From: Basidiobolus meristosporus CBS 931.73
Taxonomy: Eukaryota; Fungi; Basidiobolomycota
Assembly (NCBI GenBank): GCA_002104905.1
Contig: MCFE01000313.1
Coordinates: forward strand, 33,384 to 97,383
DNA: 64,000 bases
Direction: 5' to 3'
A model generated the notes under the pieces. That model ran no database searches. It was not told the DNA's origin and saw only the letters and a program-made list of their open reading frames with translations. Position numbers and translations under genes: made by a program. Shown here one piece after another: positions 1 to 9,757 of the stretch (the stretch's first letter is position 1; each line of letters starts with the position of its first letter).

Positions 1-105
1 AACTTCGAGAAATTCCTTGTCGACCGAAACGGCGAGGTGGTCTCTCGCTATGCGTCCACGACGAAACCAGAATCCCTCGAAAAAGACATCGAAAAGCTAT
101 TGTAA
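1..105 (+). CDS. Glutathione peroxidase family protein, 3' end only (gene begins before window)
   Basis: Frame 1 reads [34 protein letters not shown], the conserved (W)NFEKFLVD C-terminus of GPx/Hyr1-type peroxidases; TAA at 103-105. Confidence 0.9.
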   Translation, partial: NFEKFLVDRNGEVVSRYASTTKPESLEKDIEKLL

Positions 106-664
106 TCTAACCCAGCGGAGTAAACAGCTTATGTGATTAGTTAACCAAAATAAATGACTGTTGTATAGATGAAAACATCTCCGAAGACGATAATCTCTAA
201 CCAAACTTCACTGCGAGTATTCTTACTAACCAGACAGGTAGATTACGATCAACAGTGGATGAAGCAGCGAGCCCATTGGACCAAGATCATGAGTGATCAT
301 GACAAGATATGATTTTTAACACGTGCCCCGCCTTTATCTTCCCAAGTAAATGACTAAAAGTGAGCATCGCTCGTTTGTTGTCATACAATCATCCAGTGCA
401 GGCCCGACGTAGATCAACTTCTCATAAAATTAAGTGACGATTGTACATACCTTATTATTGATCGAGCACCAATCAGATGGTGTAGATGTTAGATATCTTT
501 TCGTGTCCTTGTGATCACACTTCCGCCAGTAGCACCAAGTATTGGAAAGTAATCTTGTTATATAAAGCATTTACAATCAGGAAATTGGAGCTGAACTCTT
601 GTTATGAACTGATCAAGCCTCCATCTTCTACTTCTTCACAAGCTGACTTTCCACGTTGCATATC

Positions 665-1584
665 ATGCCTCCCTTAAATATGTCAGCAGAGCACTTTGAT
701 ACAAAGCCTTCCGGGCTGGTAAACCTAACTACTCCTGTCTCTTGTGCCCCCACCTCCACTTTTTCGGAAGAGGAGTCTTGTTCGGAGCATGACTCCTGCC
801 CTCCAAACCAAGCCTCCCTTTTTTTGAAACTCTCCCCCGACCTCAACCCTGCGAATCCTGCCAAGAAGCAGGCGAGTAAGAAATCCTCCTCGTACAAAGT
901 CAACGGGGTGAACATCCTCAACCGAAAGAGCCTTGACGGCAAAGCCGTGATGGAGCGGTTAAAGAAGAGACGAGAGAACCATAACTCCGTCGAGCGCAAA
1001 CGTCGGGACAACATAAACCACACCATCCTCGAAATCTCCCAGCTTATCCCTCAAGATGCTGCCACAAATACCAAGTCGAATAAAGGGAATATCTTGCGTA
1101 TGGCTGCCGAATACATCAAGGTAGTCGATTGCCACCCGACTTTCTCCATACGCAGGTGTATACTCACGTCATTTGTTGTTAGGAATTGCAGATGGAAAAT
1201 CAACGTCTCAAGTCACGATTGAGCAGTTGCAATAAGTCAGGATCTATGTATCCAGGAACAGCGACCACCCATGTCGGTAGCTACACCGCTTATCCTACCA
1301 ACAGGTTATTCTATTACAATGAACAGGCCACCGATCGATACGTGACTTCACAAACAGTCAAAGTGGAGCAGAGTGGCCACGGTTTGCCAAACAAAGTCAC
1401 CCCCCATCCTCCAGTCATCCAGAACAGTGAATACGGATACAACTATCAACGGTTACCAGCACAACATTACCCAACTAGACCCAGCTTGCCATTACCAAGC
1501 ATCGATCCTGCTTGCCAATATCCGCCAGTACACCGTCGAGGTCTGATGCGCATCGACTATCACAATACGCTGAATTTGGTTTAG
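665..1584 (+). CDS. bHLH(-ZIP) transcription factor, Cbf1/USF/MiT-like; join(665..1120,1183..1584)
   Basis: Basic region RRENHNSVERKRRDNIN with H-E-R residues of CACGTG-binding bHLHs, helix 2 KGNILRMAAEYIK. A 62-nt intron (GTAGTC...TACTCAC...TTAG, 1121-1182) joins YIK to ELQMENQRLK in frame. Confidence 0.85.
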
Positions 1585-1998
1585 ATCTCGATGTATATCC
1601 ACTGAATATGGCTCAATGTTGATGTATATCCACTGTATTTACCCACTGTATTTACCCACTATATCCACCTTACTCATAACACACATCACTCCCATCGCAT
1701 ACTTCGTTGAGATCACCATCCGCAGCAATTCATCAAGCCAATGCACCATCAATTCCTACTGCGGCTGATTACTAAGTGCGTTAAGATTAGCTAATGCACC
1801 TGACCCAATCCAAGTAAACACATCTTAATCATCCCACCATCTTTCCTTATTGCGGCATGGTGTGCCAGGAAATTCGGAATTAGAGATACTCCATATCACA
1901 CAGCTGTGCCTGGGAATCGTGATATATAAACCAAATGGGACCAAGGTGCCGTATCTCGTACTATCATTTCCATAATATCTCGCCGATTATTTTCCATC

Positions 1999-3452
1999 AT
2001 GATTGAAGCTGACGCTTTATTACCGGTCGCTTCTGAAGAGGTTCGTCAGAACTCCTTCATCCATTGCGCCGCTTCCTCTGTTTCCTCCCTCTATAGTTGG
2101 TATTGGCCGACCGCAAAGCGAAGCGCCGAAGAGGCCGAATACCGCCTGCTGTCTCGATTAAAGTTTTTCTCCACCGACAGTAACGACCTCAAAGATTCCC
2201 CTGATGTTGGCTATAAGACCATAGCGAAAAGCGGTCTGGTTGATATCGGGGATGGCCAGAAGATTAATACTTTCGTGATCGACTCCGTCCGCGTTCAGGA
2301 CAAGCCAGCACAAACTGCTGAAAACAACCCAAGCGATGTATCAGAGGACAAAGCCAAAGAACTTGGGTATCACGCTTCTCCACAAACTGACCTCAAATTT
2401 GATACGAACGTCGACCTTGAGAGCGAAAGCAAAGACAAGCAGCCCAAGAAGGTTTTGGTTATTACCCACGGCTACGGCGCAGGCCTGGGGTGCTACTACC
2501 GCAATCTTAATAGCTTGAGTCAAGTGCCAGGCTGGCGTATTTATGCTATCGATTGGCTTGGTATGGGGAGAAGCAGCCGTTCTGCTTTTCCTCATGGCAA
2601 ACGCTACTCCCGCACCGAAGAAGAGCGTGTCTCGAACGCAGAGAATTTCTTTGTCGACTCCCTAGAAAGATGGAGAGAGAAGAATGGAATTGAAGAAATG
2701 ACACTGCTCGGACACTCTATGGGTGGCTATTTGTCAGCAGTCTACGCTATGAAATACCCTAACCGAGTGAACAAACTGATCCTTGCCTCGCCTGGTAAGC
2801 ATTTGGTTCATGAGATCCCTTGGAGTGTGCATATTTGCTAATAGATGATTGACGTGTTTGTATAGTTGGTATTCCAAAGAATCAATACAAGGAACCTGAG
2901 GAGAACAAGAACATATCTCTTCAAAACAGCCAGCCTAACGAGTTTTCGAACCGTCGTAGAGTTCTACCTGGTTGGGCTGTTAAACTGTGGAATTGGAACG
3001 TGACCCCTCAATCCATTGTGCGCTTCACGGGCCGCTTCGGCCCCTCGCTTGTGGGTGGATATGTATATCGCCGGTTTGCATTCCTCGATAAAGAGGATCA
3101 GGACGACCTCAAAGACTACATCTATCATATTTCCTCCATGAGTGGCTCCGGGGAATATGCCTTAGGCACCATTCTTGAGCCAGGCGCATTCGCCCGTAAA
3201 CCCCTAATCGACCGACTTCACGAACTCAAGGTACCAACCACCTTCCTATATGGTGCAGTCGATTGGATGGATCACCGACACGCCTTGGAAGCACGCAAGC
3301 GTATGAAGGTCCCGACCAAAGTGGTGGTGATCCCCCGTGCTGGGCACCAGCTGTTTATCGAGAACCCGGTAGACTTCGACAACGCTGTCATTGCCGAAAT
3401 GACAGATAAGCAACAGGAGCACGAGGTTGAGGCAGATGCGGCGTCTTTGTAA
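1999..3452 (+). CDS. Alpha/beta hydrolase, ABHD4/ABHD5(CGI-58)/Cld1-like lipase; join(1999..2794,2866..3452)
   Basis: Motifs THGYGAGLG, IDWLGMGRSSR, GHSMGGY (nucleophile Ser), LASP-VG, LYGAVDWMD, AGHQLFIENP. A 71-nt intron GTAAGC...TATAG (2795-2865) restores frame into the 3000..3452 ORF. Confidence 0.88.
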
Positions 3453-3889
3453 TGTACATATTAAGAAATCGACAACAATAATGTTTAATAATAATAAACC
3501 CCCCACCCCCCTCATTTCAATCAATCCCATCTCATCATTGCTTGGATGCTTGCACAGTTGGCCGAGTGAACCTGTGACCGGGCTTCGACCGATATGATGT
3601 GATAGTGACGGCTTTCTATGCAGCCCCCCTTGTCACAAGCAGACCAAAAGTATTGGTGAACCGAGTTTCTGGCCCAGCGTCGCAGCCACGAATATGGAAT
3701 AGATGTGTTGCTTTTAATGGATAAGTGTGGGTCATTACAAGGAGTAAAGTCTAAAATTACATATATATGGTCTATGTATTAGGGAAACATAGGGATGAGC
3801 TTAGGTGTTCGAGTGGTGGGAAGGATCTTGAATCTATGTACATTGGGAAATGAACTTGCATCAGCACCAACTCGCTAGAATACATCATT

Positions 3890-4706
3890 CTATTGTGGGG
3901 AAGGGGAATTGACTGTACTAGAGCTTGACGAGTTCGAGTCGGAGAAGTCCGAGGGTCCGTCAAGGTTGAGGGTGGATTCCAGCTCGATCAGCTGGTAGAC
4001 CAAGGACAAATTCGGAGAAATATGCGGGCTGCGCAGTTTGACAAATGAATAGGCCTCATTCAATGGTAGATGTAATGTACGCATAACATAGGCAATAATC
4101 AAACTGGCTGAACGCGAGACTCCACATTGGCAGTGTACCAGTACCCCTAGGCCTTCCACGCGAGCCCGATCAATGAACCCAAACAATTCACCCAGGTCCT
4201 TACTGAGCTGTTCCTGGTTGTGAGACCAGTGGACTTTTTTGTATTTGAGCGTGCGTGGTAAGGAGTCGGGTGTCAACGATATAGCTCGATTCGTCCTCGG
4301 TGGCCCCTTTGGGGAAGAAGGGGGAGTCAACCTCTTGGGCTACGTTCAGGATGTAGTGGATGTTGGCTTCCTCGAGCATGGCTTTGTCCTGCGCGTTCTG
4401 TTCTGAGCCCAGATACAGATTCTGCAGTATACAAAGCGGACCCGCCTCATACTTACTATCTTGGGTATTAGCGACAGGCTCCTGAGTTATTGGAGAGGGA
4501 GCATTGGTGTACAGCGGTGATATGTTCAATGGAGTTATTGCTATTGGCGTGCTGGCAGACGAAGGCGGTGCTGAAAGGGTTGAGGTGGGCTGAGGGATCA
4601 CCAGAGATAGCGGCTTACAGTGCCGTTTTTTGACGTCCAGTCGTAGAGGACCTCGGGTGGCTTTCGAAAACGAACGGGAAATGGTGTTGGGAAGCATTAC
4701 AGTCAT
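3890..4706 (-). CDS. Dual-specificity (MAP kinase) phosphatase, Msg5/Sdp1/Pmp1-like, split by an apparent 1-nt insertion between ~4250 and ~4320
   Basis: N-part (ORF 4200..4772): docking-like KKRHCKPLSLVIP, then GPLCILQNLYLGSE and ILNVAQEV. C-part (ORF 3890..4330): LKYKKVHWSHNQ, VLVHCQCGVSRSASLIIAYVM (HCx5R), R..ISPN. Frames differ by +1 and no plausible intron was found. First ATGs at 4706/4697. Confidence 0.8.
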
Positions 4707-5448
4707 GGCAGACAAAATCAATGTTAATATAGGGCTTTGATTATCGCGATGCTTGAGTCTATATGTCAACAAGGGGGTTGTTGGATCAAGGGGATTACTG
4801 CGAAATTAGCTATTAGAGAAGGAATCAAGTTTGAGAGAAATCAAAGCGGAATGGGGAAGGTTAAATAGCAGGCGGATGCCATTCAAAAATAGCACGCGGG
4901 TTCCATTCAAAAATAGCCCCATCTCAAACCAATCTAACAATGAATGTTGTTTTCCAACCCTAACCCTAACCCTGATCCCACCACTTTTCCATTTACGATC
5001 ACCCAACCCACTCATTGGCCTAATGAACAGGAATTGCACAATGTTTCTAGCACCTTAATTCTAATCCTAGCGAGGTCTATTTTTGAAACCACCGCGGTTA
5101 TTTTTAGCTCAAGGAAAACCCAAGGATCTTTCCTATTAGAAGAATACCGGTTGTACTTATAGCTGCACCTTGCACTTACCTCCGACTGATGTAACCAGTG
5201 TATCGAGTTGGGCTGGATTGCGCAATGCCCCAGCCATGTGATACACCAAGCCCTCGTAGTCAAGAGGATGCTCCCTAGTTGGGAATTTAATCAGGGTTGG
5301 TCAATTTCCGGCTTAGTTGGCTAATTTCCGGTCTAGCGGCCACCCTCAGGAATTGCGATCAGGAAAAAAGAAATGTCCCCCGGTTTTTTTTCTTCCGGAT
5401 GTATAATTGCGAATGGGCGGGAGACGGATTCCTTCTCTTACATTGAAC

Positions 5449-6407
5449 ATGGCTGCTCAAATCTCCAAGAAGAGAAAGGTACTTGTCCATTGATTTTTGT
5501 TGGTAGTTCGCGGATAGGCCGTATGTGGTGTCGTGGATTGGATTGGTTATGTTATCCGAGCGACGGATATGCGATGGATGGGTAGTTGTAGAGAATGGAT
5601 CGGACGCACGAACCGCGGTCCGGGATGTGTAGTTAGCGCCCTGAGCCAGAGCAACCATGACTAAATGTCTTTCCCTTTGTGTAGTTCGTCGCCGATGGCG
5701 TCTTCTATGCCGAGCTGAACGAATTCTTCACTCGCGAACTTGCCGAGGAGGGTTACTCCGGTGTTGAGGTGCGTGTCACTCCTGCCCGTACCGAAATCAT
5801 CATCCGTGCCACTCGCACCCAAGACGTTCTTGGTGAGAAGGGTCGCCGTATCCGTGAATTGACTTCCGTCGTCCAGAAGCGTTTCAACTTCCCCGAGAAC
5901 ACCGTTGAGCTCTACGCCGAGCGTGTTGCCAACCGTGGTCTCTGCGCCGTCGCTCAATGCGAAGCCGTCCGTCACAAGTTGCTCGCTGGACTTGCCGTCC
6001 GTCGTGCTGCTCACTCCGTCCTTCGTTTCGCCATGGAGTCCGGTGCCAAGGGTGCTGAGGTTGTTATCTCCGGTAAGCTCCGTGCTGCTCGTGCCAAGGC
6101 CATGAAGTTCGCCGATGGTTTCATGATCCACTCCGGTCAACCCGTCCGCGATTACATTGATACCGCCGTCCGTCACGTTCTCCTTCGTCAAGGTGTTCTC
6201 GGTATCAAGGTCAAGATCATGTTGGACTGGGATCCTTCTGGTAAGATCGGTCCTAAGAACCCTCTTCCTGATATGATCACCGTCATGGAGCCCAAGGAGG
6301 AAGCCCCTGTCACCGAGCCCATCTCCGAGGACTTCCAGAAGAAGGTCGAGGCCCCTGTTGAGGCTGAGGCCGCCGAGCAAACCGCTGCTCCTGTTGAAGC
6401 TCACTAA
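5449..6407 (+). CDS. RPS3: 40S ribosomal protein S3 (uS3); join(5449..5478,5685..6407)
   Basis: Exon 1 [10 protein letters not shown], intron GTACTT...GTAG (206 nt), exon 2 [33 protein letters not shown]...[16 protein letters not shown]...[11 protein letters not shown]; strongly biased codons. Confidence 0.97.
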
Positions 6408-6780
6408 TTTTCAGCGAGTTCTCTAATTTATAATAAACGTTCCATGCTGCTTTCTTGGGGTAGCCGCGAATCTTAAATTCAATCTGGTCTTTTGCTTCTT
6501 TGGAACATCCCAGTGTACCGGTAAATCCGCTTCCTTGGTGTGGATTCAGAAATAGAAATTTTGCAACTGGGATGCCTTAATGGGGAGCACATGTGGGAAA
6601 CTGGTGGAGGGATTTGTTCACAGCCGATTAAAGAATACACGACCCCAGGTGCGGATATGTGTGGATATATTTGTTCATCGACGGCACTAAAGATTTACAA
6701 TCAGAGGTGTGATAGATCTGAGATGGCTAATACATAGTAGATTGCTGAAGTTTATTCTTTCGATTATGTAATACTTCTCA

Positions 6781-9177
6781 CATACTGTGAAAGTGGATTT
6801 TCATTTACAAAGGTTGGATTAACAATGTTGCTTTTGTTCCTGCTAGTCTTACTGATTGCACTGACAATGTAGGTGTGGTACTACTACCGCTTTGCGAGAT
6901 TAGTGTTGCTGTTGCTGCTGCTGATGACGCTGGTGTTCGAGATTGTTGTTGATCCGTCCAGTGCTGAACTCGGGGTTGTACGCCTCTGATCCCCATTCTG
7001 GGTTGACTTGTTGTGTTGGATGAAGCGGGTCCTTGCCAACCAGACCTCCCCCCACATTGGCTTGGCCTTGCTCGCGTTGCGCGTTGGCGAGAATCTGCTC
7101 GGTGGCTGCCGCCAGCTGGTTGTCAATGTTCACCATCAGCTCGGTGAGCTTCTCGGGCACCGCTTGCTCAATGACCTTCTTCACTCGTGAGTTGATGATG
7201 GGCGAGAGAATCTTGTACACAGTGTCGTGCTTCGAGCCATGGATGCGCAGATTGAGGTCATTGACCCGAGTGTTGCAGTCGATCACCTCGTACACATGTG
7301 CCTTGCCGGCAGCCGGGTTCAGGCCGAGTGTCATGTCCAGCTCAATTCCATCCTCGGGCATGTCAATGTCGATGTACCCAACGTCCGAGACCTTGGGGAA
7401 CGTCTTCTTCTTGTAGTAGAAGGCGACGTCCTTGGCCCTGACCTGGACGTGGGTGAACTTGATGAACGCCTTGTTGTGGACATTCTGCTTTGCCTGTGGG
7501 TCGGTGTTCACAACGGTGTCCGTCTTGAGGTGGACAAAGTTGGGTGCAATGTTGCTGCACTCGATCACCACATTGTCCAGAATCATGTCCATCTTCTCGT
7601 CCGACTGCTCAATTCGGGGGAGTGGAAGGTACTCGAGCTTCTGGGCAAGAATAGGGATGAGCTTGGCAAAGTCCTTGACCAGGTCGTACTTCACCGTGGG
7701 CTTTCCGCTCTCATCCATGAACAGGCTCTGCGTGAGGGACTGGAGGTCGTTGGCGAAGCGCTGGGTGGTGCGGTCCGATTGGATGGCCCGGTTGAACTCG
7801 CTCATCTCGTTGCTGATCTGCTGGAATTGGCCTCGATACTTCCCTTCGACAATGTTGTGGCCACGCTCGATTCAGCCGGTTCGCATCGTCGGTGTATCCC
7901 GGGCGATCGACATACTCGTACTCGCGGATGGAGTGAAGAATGAACGACTTCCAGTCGTCAAGGTACTGGTTTAGCTCGCGGTCATTGTCCACCTGAGTGG
8001 CCAGCTCCCTGAACGAGTTCAGCAATGGGTCGAGCGACTTGTTTCTGGCAAAGTTCTCCACAAGCTCCTTGGCGTTCGCTTGGGCGACCTCAAGGTCATC
8101 AGCTCCGGCCTCCTGCTTCACATTGGCGGTGTCCTGGAGCTGCTCGGAGGCTCTGATCCCGTGTCTCTTGAGTCGAGAGAGTACGCTCACCAGCTCGTCC
8201 ACAGCTGACTGGAACTCTGGGTTTCCTTGGACCTCGCGCAACACCGCCTTCATCCTGTTGATCAGATGGTCCTGTTGTTCAGGGGTGAGGTTGACTTCAC
8301 TGATCTTCTGTTGAAGTCCCGCTTGCATGTCCTTTGCAGCCCCGGTGACAGCCTGGGTGGCTGAGATGTTCCCCTGCTCAGCCTGGCGAACGTGGGGTCG
8401 GGCAGTCTCCTTGGCTTGGAAGTAAGCCGGGGCGGCAGCGTCTCTGAGCGTGGACTGAAGTGCGCCCGCTGCCTCTCTCGGCTCCATCTCCTCCCCGAGT
8501 CTGTTCGCCTGGCTAGGGTCATGCTGAGTGTGAGGATAGGTGGAGCGTCCAGTGGCTGGATCGACGGTGCTCTGGTTCTGTTGACCTGGGTGGCCAGGGA
8601 CGTTGGTCTGCACCATTTCCTGGAAGATGTTGGTCACATCATTGATCAGTCGGCGGAACTGGGGTGAGGTCACGAGAAGCCAGGCCACTCTCGAGATCTT
8701 GTCAGCCCCCTCACCGGCCAGGCCTTTTGCCTCCTCCGCTTGGCTCGCAAGAGCACTGCGAGTCTGCTCCAGATCATTTCCACCACGCATGGTCTGACCA
8801 GCCTGGCCACTGTGGTAGATGGCGTTCTGTAGCTGGTTGTTGTCATTCTTCTCGGCCAGAAGCACCTTTGTGGAGTCGACCAGACGTTCGGTGTCAGCCA
8901 TCACCTTCTTGCCAGCGGGGGACATGTTGCTGGCAGCGTTGTGGAGGACATTATCCTCGGTGATCCTGTTCAAGCCCTGATTGATTTGATTGGTGGTGGG
9001 GAGCTTTCCTTCCTGCAGAGCCTGGCCCATCTGTTGCAGGTGCTCCTTCTTTTGGAGGACCTCCTCTTGCTTTGTCCCGGGTCTTGGAGGCAATGTCTCG
9101 CCAGGAACCCCGACCTTAGTGGATTGATTCACGTTGACCGAATGGTCGTTTTGTTGAGTGTTAGGATTGTTGTTCAT
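6781..9177 (-). repeat. Left arm of ~2.4-kb inverted repeat
   Basis: Mirror of 9758..12153; coordinates sum to 18935 (18934 beyond the indel). Confidence 0.95.
6900..9177 (-). pseudogene. Second copy of the HAM1/DUF4449-like gene, frameshifted by one extra base at 7871/7872 (pseudogene or assembly error)
   Basis: Reverse complement of 9758..12034 except CTGAATCGAG vs CTGATCGAG; gives ORFs 7711..9177 (435 shared + 53 frameshifted aa) and 6900..7805. Confidence 0.8.
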
Positions 9178-9757
9178 ATTTTAAATTAGCCTACAATGAT
9201 TCGTACACTTTCGGAGGTGGGGAGATTTGTATTTATAAGGAAGCATGGATTTACTACTTCATTGCATACCTGAGCCACTGATTTTTCGTTTCATATTATT
9301 TTATAACGTCATTCACATGTATAGCGACTCTGACAACCAAATAAACTTTAGACTTCATTACATCGACTACATGTTAGCACGGCAGCTCTCTGACGTCAAA
9401 TTAATCACCATTAATCAAATCAGCTTTGTACTACCGTACTTCTAGCTGAGTCACGGTGTTCAACTCGAATTGAAGTCTATTCTAGTGCCTTTATCGATAT
9501 TGTACGCGGTGCGATCGGCTCTTGAGTGACTTGGCAGGCGCTACTTCTCGCAACTACCGAATTTATTGAACATGATGAAGTACGATTTTGATAACCGACT
9601 CTAGCGTTACCTAATTAGCATCAAATTGTGGATCATTCTTCGTTCATTGATGCGCAACGTCACAGGCTGTCACAACGTCATGCATATTAATATTTCCTGG
9701 CGAGTATTTAAGCATACGAAAGTGGCTACAACCTGACAAACATACTGTTGCTTAATC
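9178..9757. promoter_or_regulatory. 580-bp bidirectional promoter/spacer with bZIP-type sites
   Basis: TGACGTCA 9391-9398, ACGTCA 9306, 9657, 9675, TGAGTCA 9447-9453; TATA-like elements facing each ATG. Confidence 0.6.

Noticed and set aside
1590-1670. Short CCACTGTATTTA / GATGTATATCCACTG repeats after the bHLH stop
   Set aside because: Ordinary slippage-type 3' UTR duplication.
4306-4331. 25-nt GT...AG intron that would repair the phosphatase frame
   Set aside because: Far shorter than local introns, poor donor (GTTGAC), no branch site.
5661-6404. 247-aa antisense ORF over RPS3
   Set aside because: Shadow of a highly codon-biased gene; no recognisable motifs.
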